A stretch of DNA of 63,962 nt, counting the filler, from Chiloscyllium plagiosum (Eukaryota), in NCBI RefSeq assembly GCF_004010195.1. It is 6 parts of one record of this genome, joined end to end, with 100 filler letters (N's around TTAATTAATTAA, not from the genome) between each part and the next. Parts side by side here need not be neighbours in the genome. Positions count along the whole stretch, not along the records: positions 47,803 to 55,867 come from NC_057716.1; positions 55,968 to 63,962 come from NC_057716.1; 4 more parts are not named here. One strand, given 5' to 3'. A program made the position numbers and the translations under genes. Below, piece by piece: positions 48,764 through 61,689 of this stretch. Position 1 is the first letter of the stretch. Each line of letters begins with the position of its first letter. Below the pieces are notes generated by a model that saw only the letters and a list, made by a program, of their open reading frames with translations, did not search any database and was not told the DNA's origin.

Positions 48764-51428
48764 TTTACATGCATACAGATGCAGGCTCACAAAGAAATGG
48801 ATTTATCGGTAGGGAAATAAAACTGTGAAACAAAGTGCAGCAATTCCTTCCACAGTTATTGTTTTTTTTAGTTTAGTCTCTAGTCAAAAATACTGAACAT
48901 AAGCGATAGGATTAACAAACGTCCATCAGTTTTGTAACTTTTCATTGACCCTGATCTCAACAGATTCTTGTGTGATGAAAAGCTTCCTGACATCACTCCT
49001 GAGCAGCTAATTTTAAGTGAATGCTCCCATCTCCTGTATTCCTGTACCTGAGGAAATAATTTCTCTCTACTCTGTGAAATCCTTTTCATCATCTTGATGA
49101 TATCTGCCCATCCGGGGAAATGATAGACTGTGCCCTAGGTGTATGTCACTTCCATAATTATCATTTTTGTTTGTGGTTGTAGAAGCTGGTTTGTGAGCAA
49201 ATCACCTTAAATACCTCAATTTAGATATTCCCTTAGTTTTTCCATGCTCAAGGGAATACATATTTCTGAACATTGTTAATTGATCACAATTACTATGTTA
49301 GAAATTCATGAAAGTGGATGCTACAGGAATAGAATTTAGAGCTTTATGACAAATTTTGATGCAAGTTTTTCCGAACTCAGTTGAGGGAACATTTTGCTTT
49401 GTTAGGTGAGAAGACTGTGTTCCATTGCAGATTTAACTAAGTTGCATATTTTTTGCATGATTTTTTCAATTTTTCCAGAGCTTTAATATCTCCTTTTCAA
49501 AATTTGGAATCTGTTTCAACTTTAAATGTTTTGAACGAGTAAATGACTGGACCTCTTGAGGAAGCTTTGGCCATATCCATAGGCATGTTGAAGATACATC
49601 TGGAGTGCTGTTATTATGCAACATGTCTGTTATTTGCTCTGTTCAAAAGGGATGGTTAATTGAGTTCTGGTTAAACAAAAACAGGGTAAACGTTGGACTG
49701 TGATCTAAACAAAAGTCTTCTGTTGTTTGCTTAGAGGAGCTGGCCCGGTCTAGCTTTGAAAGGTGACTTTGAAGTCAGATAGAGATCATTTGTTAAAGGT
49801 TTGAAATCATGTGGTGAATGAAATGAAGCCTTTGCTGCACATCACAGGAACATCTCCACTATCTACTAGACCTATCCCTTGCGCCAAGTCTCAAATGAGG
49901 TTTTGGCAGTAATCCACCGGATTTGTTCAGTTCTAGGTCTATGACTGAGTTTCAGTATCACTCCCACAGCACACATGTTTACTGAACTGCAGTAACTGAG
50001 GCAAGAGGAGAAAGTCTGGATATATTTTGAGCTGCAGATATTTATCATTTAGTGTGTTTCCAATTCTTGTTTGCTTCATATTGCCTTCATTTTAAGAGGT
50101 TGAAATAATTGGAGTGAAGTACATCTTAACATTGCATTTTGAACCCCTCTGACAACCTATTAAGCCATCTCTTTCAATCATCCTGTGTCCTCACCAAGAT
50201 ATTTTCTTCCCAGATGCTCTGGTGTTAATGCCATTGCCTAGCTGAATAGTTGGTCATGTGTCTATTGCTACCTCGATCACAACAATATGCCTTCATTTAA
50301 AAAAAATGTTGATTTACTGAACTCGTGGATCTTGGAATATTAATTCCTTTACTGTAAAGGCAGTTTACTGAAAATCAACAGCTTTTAGCAATTATCCCTT
50401 CAGCCTGTGACAGGTTGGTGCACTGGTTTCGAAAGTTGTCTATTCACTGCTGAGACCTGGATTTAACTACAGCCAAGACTAATTTGCTAAATGTTTCATT
50501 TATCTCGTTTTCATTAAGTGAAATGTGCTTAGGGCATCCTTAAGTCATAAAATGGTAAGCATGGAACCACAGCACAAGATTACAGTAATTTGACTCTTAG
50601 TTTGTCAATCATACTCAATGATAGTAAGGTATATTAGGTGACCAGAATATCATTGAAACTGCTGAGGCTTTGGCTTCAGAACAAGAAGCAATAATTTATT
50701 CTAAGCAATACCTGAGCTGTAAGTCTTTGCTAACAGTAGATGCTCAAGTATAAAAACAATGTAAGAACGCAAGTGGGATCTGGAATAGAGCATATAGCCT
50801 CTCCAGCCTGCTCTACCATTCAATATCATTGCAGTTGATCATTTGCCTCAGCTGCACTTCTTGCGTGCTCCCCATCTCCTTCTATTTCCTCAGCGATCAA
50901 AAAATATATCAGCCTTGAACATACTGAATGCTGGAGCATCTACAGCTCTCTGACTAGATGACTGTAAAGATTTACAACCATCTCACTAGCCAGAATATAT
51001 GGCTGAAAATTTATTTTATCTAAGCTTGTTTTACTCCTTAAAGAAATAGAATAAGACATTTAAGTGAATATTTTGATACCGATATGGGGTAAAATGCTTG
51101 AGCAGCTGAAACTTTGTTATTGGAAACAGCAGCCCAAAGATTCAGCGGTATCATTCCTTTTGCCCTGCCTCTTAAATTGCCAATATGCTGCTACAGATGG
51201 GTGCCAGATAGATATCAGGTGCCTGTAGTGTGAATGGGAACACAATTGGGTGGCTATCCTATTGTCAGTGAGGCACTGGCTTGGGTTGAGTTTGTAACCA
51301 GCTGCAGAATATATATGGCTTTGAGAGATAGGGTGGTAAGCCTGAAAGAAAAAAAATCTTTTAAGTCTTACACACAAATGTTTTCTCATTGAAATAATTA
51401 AGGAAACTTCTCAACAATACATTTGCAG

Positions 51429-51600
51429 AAAGAGATGGCATCTTTTCCCCCCAGAAGACACAGCCTCCCTGTATCCCACTCGTATTCCTTATGAGGAGTC
51501 TAGTGTATTTAGCAGTGTGAACGTGGTCAACCCTGATTTGGAGCACTTCCCTCGATTTCATGGAGCTAAACCGCATGTTGTGACATTGCATCCAGGAGAG
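51429..51600 (+). CDS. HSPBAP1: HSPB1-associated protein 1 (JmjC domain), internal exon (172 bp)
   Basis: tttgcag acceptor and gtaaga donor; (R)KRWHLFPPEDTASLYPTRIPYEESSVFSSVNVVNPDLEHFPRFHGAKPHVVTLHPGE matches HSPBAP1 KRWHLFPPEDT..LYPTRIPYEESSVFS. Confidence 0.93.
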
Positions 51601-54600
51601 GTAAGATTGTGCATGTTGCCTGGGCATGGGATTAAAGGAATCGGGTGTAAGACATTTGACCTCTTAGATATGCTCTGTTATTCAATTCATTCATTACTAA
51701 TCAGTGTTAAATTTCAGGATGTTGGACGATTGTGAAAGGTGCATTGCAGTGTATGTCACTGGCTCTTTACAGCTATGCTATAAATAGAACTTTCAATTAT
51801 ATTAAGTATGGGAATGGTACTGCAAAACCCAGTAACTGCTGGAGAAACTCAGCAAGTCTCCCAGAATCAAAGAGTCAGATTGCTCTCAAAATGTTAACTC
51901 TGTTTCTTGCTGCACAGAGGCTGCCAGAGCAGCTCAATCCCTCTAGCACTTCTGCTTTTAATCATGTTGTTCCTTATCACTCAAGCAGAACATCTGTCTG
52001 ACGTTTACAATGGATTTGACCGATGTGAGCTTCAATCAGTTCCATCATCACAACAACCACTTTTCCCTTTTATTAACATTACTTGGCCTCAGTTCCACAT
52101 CCGCTGAAACCCGTTGTTCATGTCTTTGTTACTTCTATAATATTCTGGTGTTCGACCAGCTGTCCTCCTGGCTTCCATCCTCCATTAACTCAACCTCATG
52201 ACGAGCTCTATCCATATCTAACTTGGACCAAATCTGTGTTTCTGGATCAATAGACTTTTGTGAGCAGGTGTGGGTTTTTAAGCCTTAAAAAAAAGTATCT
52301 ACTTGACCATTGAAATTAAACAGCCTTGGATTTAGATCATTTTGATAGATAAGTGTAAAACATTTTGACACTATATATTAGATGCTGTGCTGTAATGTAG
52401 ATGTGTTTTTAATACAGTAATTCATCATGAGTTCTTCATACAAATAAAACACAAAGCCATTTGAAGTGAAATCATGAGTAGGTCATTCAACCCTTCAGCC
52501 TGCTTCACTAGAGAAAAAGATCATTGCTGATCTGATGTGGTCATAACTCCCAATTTTCTGCTTGTCCTTCATAACCCTTTGTTTCTCATTTCAATCAAAA
52601 ATCTGTCTAACTCAGGCTTGTATATATTCATTAATTCAGCCTACACTTCTCAGCAGGATAGAGAATTGCGAGCAATAACAGCCTTTTGAGAGAAGTTTCT
52701 CCTGTCCTCAATTTTAACAATAAATGGCCCTTATGTTAACCACTGTTGTGTAAGTGTTGCACTGTAAAACTTTTTTCGACTGAAGAAAGTGCCATAAAAC
52801 ATAAACATTTTTAAAAGAAAATCTGTCAGTCACAGCCTGATTGCTTAAGCATCTGACTGCTTAAAGAAGACTTACTTTGGAAAGTTAAGAAAATCTTTGC
52901 ACTTATTCATCTCCATGACAACAATTATGCTGTGGAATAGAAATAGTACACTGTTGAGCTATGTTACTTTCTGGAAATATAGCTGTTAGCTTTTGAATGA
53001 CAGCTATAGACATTATGAATGCTAAACTGGGTTTCAAAACTACTAATAGCGTCAGCTAAGCAGATGATCTGTTGATCCAAGAACCATTGACACATTTAAG
53101 GGGCTGCAGCAATAAAAATGTATCTTTTTTAATGTCATTTCTATTTTGCTTGCTTAAAGGATAACAGTTTTTGATTTGAATATTTTTCCCAGTATTAATG
53201 ATAATTTGAATTAAAGGTATTCTAAGATTATTAGAGGAGTTTTTTCCAATTATTCAATGACAATCCCATTGCTATTGCATGGCTCCTGAGCAATGTACAT
53301 TGTTCCAATTGGGTGAGTGGTTATCAAGGATCTATGAGGGTGCATACAGATGGCATGGGATATCAGAGAGCATTTGGTGGTTTGGGAGAATTGTGGAGGA
53401 TTACAGTAGTATGGGGTTTCTGAGAGGCATGAAATTGCCTTGCACCTGTAAGGAGGCACGGCAAGGAGTGATATGGAAGATCTGAGGAGGCATAAGAAAA
53501 TGATAGAATATCCTGAGGGGACATGAGTTGGATTGAGAGACCAGAGGGTGTATGAGGTCACATGGAGGTTACAAAGGCATCCTGAGAAAATGACGTGTGA
53601 TTTTGGGGGCATGAGGTACAATGGAGCTCATAGGGATGAGGACTATATGGGCTGAGGTTTATGGACTTTTAAGCAATGTTGCCAGTTGAGCCAGTGAGTT
53701 AGATAACCAAGCCTCCTGACCTACAGCCCTTACAAACTCCATCACAATTAGCACAGCAAAACCAATCCCAGGCAATATTAGACTTGTGTTGGGTGTGCGT
53801 TTTAGAAGGTGGAAAGTGTGCAGATCTGCTTTTCCTCAATGTAAAGGAAAATCAAGTCCTAAATCTTGATGCAATGTTGCGAGTTCGACCAAATTTGGCA
53901 ACTCCCATCGATATTGCACCACATGGTGCCCTTACTCATTGAGCCCAGAATTTATAGTGCAGTTAAATAATCTTGTCACAGTTTTGCCTTGTTCTTTATC
54001 TGATGTTGGTTTAAAGACCACAGTAATCTCCAGCATCTTGATTTATTGCAGCTTTGAATGCTGTTGGCTTATTCAGAATTGGGGTCAATTACAAGAAATA
54101 CACAAGATTTTGGTAAAAAAGAATCCATTGTCTACATTTTTTTAATAGTTCTAAAATAGGTCAAGACTGGGCCAATGAAAAGCAGAAGTTTAAAGTGGTA
54201 TATTTATGGCTGGATGATTTTTATATGTTTGAATATTCTCGCTTTGTAATGCATTTATCATCGCTTAGACAGAGACATCTGTGAACTGTGCTATGACCTT
54301 GGCATGGCAACAAAGACCCTAAATATTTCCTAGTGGAAACAAAACAGCTTAAACATTTGACATGCTCTAAGAGTATATATACTGCTTCAGCACGAGGCAG
54401 TCTTTTTTAAACGCTTATGCTGAAATCAACTGAGAAAAATCAGTTTCCTTGCATGAATCTCATCATGAGCCTTCCCTGTGTCAACTATTGGAATATGGTG
54501 TGTGCATAACTAATGATAGCTTAGAGTTTTGAACACTGGCATCCAACCAAATAGATGAGAGCTCAAACCTTGGAGTGGAATTATTGAATTTGTTTTATTT

Positions 54601-54847
54601 AGTTGGCTTTTGTAAATTTCTGAGAAAGTTAATTGATACAATTAACAAAGTGATCAGGATTTTAAAAGGATGAAATTATGAGCATTTGTCCTCAATCCTT
54701 TGAAACTTACAACAATACCAAGATGCCACATGCGCATAGTTAAACACACAAAGCTAAACTTTTCAATCCTGTACAAGGTGTGCTGTTGAAACATTTGCAG
54801 ATGAAAATCAATTGGAAATCACTACATTGACAGGAAATTTTTATACT

Positions 54848-55143
54848 TAGCGAGTTTTGAGAAGATTTGTTGCTCAGGCTGATGTTCTGGATGTAGGTTT
54901 GCTCGCTGAGCTGAAAGGTGCGTTTCCAGACATTTCATCACCCTCCTAGGTAACATCTTCAGTGGGCCTCTGGGCGAAGCACTGCTGATACTTCCTGGTT
55001 TCTATTAAATGTTTGGGTATCTTTGGATTGGTGATTTCATTTCCTTTTTTTCTCAGGGGGTGGTAGATGAGGTCTAACTCTATGTATTTTTTGATACAGT
55101 TCCGGTTGGAATGCCATGCTTCTAGAAATTCTCATGCGTGTCT
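54848..55143 (-). mobile_element. Penelope/Poseidon-type PLE 3' end with its own hammerhead motif (54925-54966, family E)
   Basis: Minus strand RHA*EFLEAWHSNRNCIKKYIELDLIYHPLR, then CCA-CUGAAGA-U-GUUACC-UAGGAG-GGUGAU-GAAAUGUC-UGG. Confidence 0.8.
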
Positions 55144-55145
55144 TC

Positions 55146-55350
55146 CGCCATTAAACTGGCACCACCCCCTCACCCGTTCCTCCGCTATACCAATGACTGT
55201 ATCGGTGCCGCCTTGTACTCTCATGAGGTGCTTGAACAGTTCGTCAGCTTTACCAACACCTTCCATTCTAACCACAAATTCACCTGGACCATCTTGGCAA
55301 TCTCCCTCCCCTTCCTGTACCTTTCCATCACCGTCTTTGGCGATTGACTA
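55146..55350 (+). mobile_element. PLE reverse transcriptase fragment, decayed
   Basis: FLRYTNDCIG...LEQFVSFTNTFHSNHKFTW...SLPFLYLSI corresponds to PLE RT motifs RYIDD, FHPxLKFT and LPFLDL. Confidence 0.8.
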
Positions 55351-55354
55351 ATCA

Positions 55355-55867
55355 CAGTTTAGATTAGAGTGGTGCTGAAAAGCACAGCAGTTCAGGCAGC
55401 ATCTGAGGAGCAGTGGGTGGCATGGTGGCACAGTGGTTAGCACTGTTGCCTCACAGCGCCAGAGACCCGGATTCAATTCCCGCCTCAGGCAACTGACTGT
55501 GTGGAGTTTGCACGTTCTCCCCGTGTCTGCGTGGGTTTCCTCCGGGTGCTCCGGTTTCCTCCCACAGTCCAAAGATGTGCAGGGTCAGGTGAATTGGCCA
55601 TACTAAATTGCCCGTAGTGTTCGGTAAGGGGTAAATGTAGGGGTATGGGTGAGTTCGCTTCGGCGGATCGGTGTGGACTTGTTGGGCCGAAGGGCCTGTT
55701 TCCACACTGTAATGTAATCTGTAATGTAATCTGTAATCAGTAAAATCGATGTTTCAGGCAAAAGCCCTTCATCAGGAATACAGGCAGAGTGCCTGAAGGG
55801 TGGAAAGATAAATGAGAGGAGGGTGGGGATGGGGAGAAAGTAGCATAGAGTACAGTAGGTGAGTGGG
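55355..55867 (-). mobile_element. PLE pLTR (hammerhead at about 55744-55779) split by a SINE
   Basis: GAGGAGCAGT|SINE|AAAATCGATGTTTCAGGCAAAAGCCCTTCATCAGGAAT. Confidence 0.82.
55415..55737 (+). mobile_element. Full-length HE1-type V-SINE inserted into a pLTR
   Basis: Near-identical to 9965-10299; CTGTAATGTAAT tail repeats; CAGT on both sides. Confidence 0.92.
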
Positions 55868-55974
55868 NNNNNNNNNNNNNNNNNNNNNNNNNNNNNNNNN
55901 NNNNNNNNNNNTTAATTAATTAANNNNNNNNNNNNNNNNNNNNNNNNNNNNNNNNNNNNNNNNNNNNTATATAT

Positions 55975-57310
55975 CTATCACAAACAACAGGGGTCCAGCA
56001 CTGATCCCTGCGGAACACCACTGGTCACAGATCTCCAGCCAGGAAAGCACTCTACCACCATTACTCTCTGTCTTCTATGACTAAGCCAGTTCTGTATCCA
56101 TCTTACCAGCTCACCAGGGATCCCATGTGACTTCACTTTCTGTATCAGCCTGCCATGTGGGACCTTGTCAAAGATCTTGATAAAGTCTATGTAGATAACA
56201 TCCAACGCTCTGCCCTCATCAGTCATCTTCCTCACTTCCTCAAAAAACTCAATCTAGATTGCAAGACACAATCTCCCCCTCACAAAACCATGCTGCCTAT
56301 CACTAATAAGTCCATTTGCTTCTGAATGATATAGATCTTGTCCCTGAGAATCTTTTCCAATAATTTCCCGACCACAAACATGAAGTCACAGATCTGTAAT
56401 TTCCAGGATTATCCCTGTTACCCTTCTTCAATGATGGGACAACATTGGCTTTTCTCCAGTCCTCTGGGACCCCACCTGTGGCCATAGAGGATGGAAAAGA
56501 TGTCTGACACTGCTCCAGCAATTTGTTTTCTTCCCTCCCTCAATATTTTGGGATAGATCCCATCAGGACCCTGCGGCATTTCAACCTTAATACTTTTTTA
56601 AAAATCTCACAACGCCAGGTTACAGTCCAACAAGTTTAATTGGAAGCACTGCTCCTTCAGGTTACGACCATCTGATGAAGGACCAGCACTCCAAAAACTA
56701 GTGCTTCCAATTAAACTTGTTGGACTATAACTTAGTGTTATATGATTTTTAACTTTGTACATGCTAGTCCAACACTGGCATCTCCAAATCATTAATACTT
56801 TTTAAGAGACATAACACCTTTTTTTAACAGCAATTTGGCTTAGAATTGGACACTCCCTTCTCTGAGATCATCCACCACCAATTCCTTTTCTATGGTGAAT
56901 ATTGACACAAACATATTCATTTAGGACCTCACCAACCTCTTCTGGCTCCACAAAAAAGATTGCCTCATTTGTCCTTGAGTGTGCCAACCATTTCCCTGGC
57001 CACCCTCTTGCTTTTTATATATGTATAAAAAGCCTTGGGTTTTCCTTAATCCTGTTTGCTAATGTTTTTGTCACCCTTTTTAGCAGTTCTAATTCCTTTT
57101 TTAAGTTCTTTCCTATTTATATACTTCAAGGACTCCATCAGTTCCCATCCTCCTAGACCTTATGTATGCTTCCTTTTTCTTTTTGACTGAGGTCATAACA
57201 TCCCTGGTCATCCAAGGTTCATGTAACTTGCCATCCCTATCCTTTCTTCTCACAAGAATGTGCTGCTCCTGAATTCTGATCAACTGCCATTTGAAATACT
57301 CCCACATGTT
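55975..57310 (-). mobile_element. CR1 ORF2 internal fragment with a PLE inverted-terminus insertion at 56601-56790
   Basis: VPEDWRKANVVP...PGNYRSV; IYIDFIKIFDKVPH...[24 protein letters not shown] at 56587-56598 and 56792-56803. Confidence 0.88.
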
Positions 57311-57329
57311 TTTATGAGTGCAATCAGCA

Positions 57330-59250
57330 GAGGTTTTTGTCCTGATTTCCATTGACTTGGGCTTTTCTAACATTCCTTGATGCCACACTCAGTCAAATGT
57401 GGATTTGAAGTCAAGGTCATTCATTCTCACTTCACCTTCAGAAATCAGCTCTTTAGCTCATGTTTCAACCAAGATTAAAAGGAAGTCAGCAGCTGAGCAG
57501 CCCTGGTGCAACCTAAACTGAGTTACTGAGCAAGTTATTGTGAAGCAAGTGTTGTTTGATAGTAACAGTGGATGATAATATGTGCCATTGCTTTTACAGA
57601 TAATTGAGAGTACACTGATGAGCAGCAATTAGCTGGGTTGGATCTGTCCTGCTTTTTGCATGCAAGACATACTTGGGCAGTTTTCACGTTGTTAGTGTTG
57701 TAACTGCACTAAAGCAGTCCAGGGGTGTGGCATGTTCTGGAGCAGAAGTCTTCAGTACTATTGCCAGAATATTATTAGGGCCCATGGCCTTTGCAATAAC
57801 CAGTGCCTCCAGCAGGTTTTTGATATAATGTGGAGTCAATTGAATTGGCTAAAAGCTGGTACCTGTGATGTTGGGGACATCTGGAGACAGCTGAGATGAA
57901 TCATCCACTTGGCACTTTGGCTCAGGATTGGTGAAAGTATGTTTTGCAGTGAACTGCTGGGTACCTCCTTTATTGATGATCGGGGATGTTTTGGAGCTGC
58001 CTCCTCCAGTGAGTTGTTTAATTGTCCATCACCATTCATGAATACATGGGGCAAGATTGCGGAGCTTAGATATGGTCATTAGATTATGGAATTACTTAGC
58101 ACCATTCATCACTTGTTGTTTATGCTGTTTAGCATCAACGTAATCCTGTTTTGTACCTTTACCAGATTGACTCCTTATTTTTAGGTATATCTCAGCAGCT
58201 GCTGCTGATGTGCCCTCCTGCACTTTTCATTGAACCAGTGTTGCTCTCCTGCTTGGTAGTAATAGAGTAGAGATGATAGGCCTTGAAGTTACAGATTCAG
58301 TTGCAGTGCAGTTTTGCTACTGATGGTCCTCAAAGCATGTTTACCCAGTTTTAAGTTGTTAGTGTTATGGACTAGGCCAGACCACTCAAAATATTCTTAA
58401 GCAGGCAACTTCAGACCATAACTTTACAATTTGTTTCGGCAAGTGTACAGTGAAAATTACCCGGAGTAAGATAGCGAGGTTGATTACTAGATTTTAAAAC
58501 AGACGAAACTTTGTTCACAAAATTACACAATGGAACACAAGGAACAGAATAAAGAACCCATACAGAACTCAACCTATCCAGCTAGATGTAAATATGCTGT
58601 TCTGAATATGCTCAACAATCCCAATAAGCAAACTCCCTTTTAAAAACCAGAATAAATGGAACACATGCTTACAGGTTGAAGTTAAAGGGCAGAAAGAGAG
58701 AGAATTTCCACGCAGCTCCCTGTTGAACTTCCAACCAGCTAAGACTGAACTAAAACTGCTCAGCTCAGCTAGAGAGCTGAACCACTCCCTCTCTTTATAC
58801 AGGTCACTTCTAAAGCGTGACCACTTTGGCCTGAAGTCTCATCTGTTTACAGAGAAACAAAAGGCCTCTCAAAATTCTTTTCATCTCTACAAAACCAGAC
58901 TGATCAGAGTCTGGCCTGGTTTATTACCTCTTCCTCTGAAAAAAAATCAAGGACAGAGTCTCCTTGAGCCAAGTAACAGCTTTTAGAAAAAAAGGGACTG
59001 GCTTTGTGACACTAGATCTTTCAAAGCCTCTTCCATTTAGTACAGTGGTAGTGCCACAGGACATAATGGCTTGTCCTCAATGTGAAGACAAGGTTTAGTT
59101 TCCAAAATGACTGTTTGGTGGTCCTTCTTGCTAATACTGTCACAGACAGATGCATTTGTGTGATTAATTTTTTTTTTAAACTGACCTGTTCCACACAGGT
59201 CATTTTCCCAATATGTTGTGAACATATTGTATGCTAGAAAAATGGACATG
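57330..59250 (-). mobile_element. Old L2/CR1-group LINE fragment, interrupted by a solo LTR
   Basis: Minus strand ILSQSAKWMIHLS...FSQFN and other decayed ORF2 remnants; the sequence reads continuously across the LTR. Confidence 0.55.
58363..59011. mobile_element. Solo LTR (649 bp), possibly Gypsy-type
   Basis: Starts TGTTAT, ends GTGACA (TG...CA with short terminal inverted repeat); 4-bp flanks TTAG / CTAG; no coding remnants. Confidence 0.7.
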
Positions 59251-60287
59251 GAAGAATAATGGGTTGGGGTTGATTCCTGAGTTGTTCTAGAGGCTATAAG
59301 GACTCTGGGGATGGTTGAGGGCAAGGAGGTATTATTGGACGGGGGGATTGAAGAGTGAGGTGTAGGGGACCTAAATGCCTTGAATAACACTGGGATATAG
59401 GTCTAAGTTAGCCAAGGTGGGCCTTCAAATGAGTTTATCGCAGCACTTGGCTACTCCTGTGTCTGCCTATGTTCTGCTTTTGGTTGGCCCAAATCTATCT
59501 CACATCGAATCCCCCAGAGTGAAGGTTATGATGTTCAGATGCCTTTCTGCTGAGACAGGTCAAGCAAGTTGAGATATTTCTTGACTCAAACTATCTTGCT
59601 AATACTGTCACAGTATTTGCTCTACTATCTTGATAGAGCAAATCCAGCCCTTTTGTTTGTTGCGCACATTAGCCCGGACAGAAAATCAAACTCGCTTGCT
59701 GTTTATAAAAGAGCCTGTGACGTTATTTCATTCATCAGAGAGGGAAGAGGGAACCTTGGCTTCACATCTCATCCAAAAGATGGCACCACTAACAACATTG
59801 CAATCATTCAGTGCTGTATTGACAAGTCAGCCCTAATTAATCTTTGGATTGGAGCTCAAATCCATAACCTCTGACGCAAAGTTGGCAGTGTGGTACCAAG
59901 TCATAGCTGGTGCTCAGGTTGCATTGTTAGTAAACCAAATATTAAAACTCAGGCCATGAATCGAACTCTGGCTCTTTGCCCATCTTTCTTTCTCCTTGAT
60001 TTTGGAGTCAGCAGAAGGTGACAGTTTTCTTGCTGTGATCAGCACTGCATTTCCGTGTGTGCATTTTGCAAAGATTGCCGTGCATGTGGTTGATCCCTGT
60101 ATGGATCTATAAATTAAAAATAAGCAAACTTTAAACCATGTTTTGTCTTGGTATTCATTTAGAATCGAATTAACCTACAAGGTTTTGTAAGCGATGAAAT
60201 AATCGTGAGGTAATGTAGGTGATGTATCTTGTCATAGAGTTTACTGCTGCAGATATATTAATGTATATCATTGTTTTCTCCCTCAAG

Positions 60288-60371
60288 GTTCTATTTGTTC
60301 CCAGACATTGGTGGCACTATGTAGAATCGTTGGATCCTGTCACTGTCAGCATTAACTCCTGGATTGAACTG
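60288..60371 (+). CDS. HSPBAP1: HSPB1-associated protein 1, next internal exon (84 bp)
   Basis: ttttctccctcaag acceptor and gtaata donor; VLFVPRHWWHYVESLDPVTVSINSWIEL, in frame with the 51600 exon; includes the distal JmjC His. Confidence 0.95.
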
Positions 60372-61689
60372 GTAATATATATATAAAAAACTTTACATCT
60401 TCCTTTATCCTGTGGGGAAAATAAGAACATTTATGTAATTTCCTTCATGAGTGCCAGAGGTCATTAAAGGAAAGGAAATTATGTACCTTTGAATGTAATC
60501 ATTTGTAAGAAACGCGGCAACCAGTTTATGCACAGCAAGCTTCCCCGAACAGCATGTGATAATAACAAGGTAACCTGTTGTTTGTAATGAAAGGTACTAC
60601 ATAAATGCAAACCTTTGCTTATCTTAGGGAGGTGAAGGGAGAAACAGTTTGTTGAGAATATGAAGTACAAAGCTGCTGATAGATTTCCATTTCTGCACTT
60701 GGTGCTGACTGTTCAACAAAAAAACTGTGAACTTTTAACTCTTTCTATTAGAATTAGAATAAGTGATTTAATTTGAGAAATGTTCCAAAATGCCAGTATG
60801 TTTGCATTCAATAGATTAATTAGCCCTATTAGATGGATGTATTATCAAGAAAAAGATAACCTTTAAGTCCATTGTCATGCAGATGTAAGCTGCATGTGTC
60901 CTTCGAGTCACATCATGGTGCATGGTAAAACAGAACAAAGTGTCTGACTTCATGAGAGACTGGGCTTTAATAAGAAAAAAAATCTACAGAGGAAAGAAAA
61001 ATACAAGTTAAGTATCATGCATAGCTAGGGAGAATGAAAGGTGCTTTCAGAGCAGCTCACAACTTAATGCGGAATGTAGCAGTTGAGAATTCTGGTACCT
61101 TTAGTCCGTTCCTTTTATGAAACAATGCAGTATATTATATGAACTGTTTTGAGTTAGGTCCTGCAGGGATCTGTATGAGAACTGTTACTCCTCACTACCT
61201 ATTGACTTGATGACTTTGTCAGCAGTTTTAAAATGTTGACACAAATGCCTGTTAATAGTGAAATCTGGGATGAGGAAACAAGACTACATTCAGAAGGGAA
61301 GAATGGGCCAGTATCTGTCAGATGACATAAAAAGTTGACACGTGTCATGTAATGCAGGCTGATTGCCAGAAATGTATATAGCAGGTCACTGTTCAGAAGT
61401 CAGAATTGAGACTTGGGTGTTATTGTGCATTTGTCTCTAAGATGCTGCAGTGCAGTCAAAGTGTACTCCGATGTTGTTAAGAGGTGCAATACCATACAAA
61501 GATGAGCACTGCAATGCCCCTGTGCAAATCTTTCTTACACCTCATCAAGAGTACAGTTTTATCCCTTGTATGCAAAGGCTCATCCCACCTTGCGCCCTCA
61601 GTAAAATTAAGCTCATTCAAAACTCTGCTGCTGGTATTCCAACTCACATCCACACCATTGTGACAGTACAGTGCATACAAAAACAAGCA

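Noticed and set aside
48800..51420. Search for the preceding HSPBAP1 exon (WSDFGFPGR...HTPCHLDSYG) and further PDIA5 exons
   Set aside because: No matching sequence found by eye; AT-rich intron-like DNA only.
13267..55967. TTAATTAATTAA centred in 100-bp N blocks (13267, 37302, 43131, 47703, 55868)
   Set aside because: Identical 44N+12+44N layout with stop codons in all frames: assembly filler, not biology.
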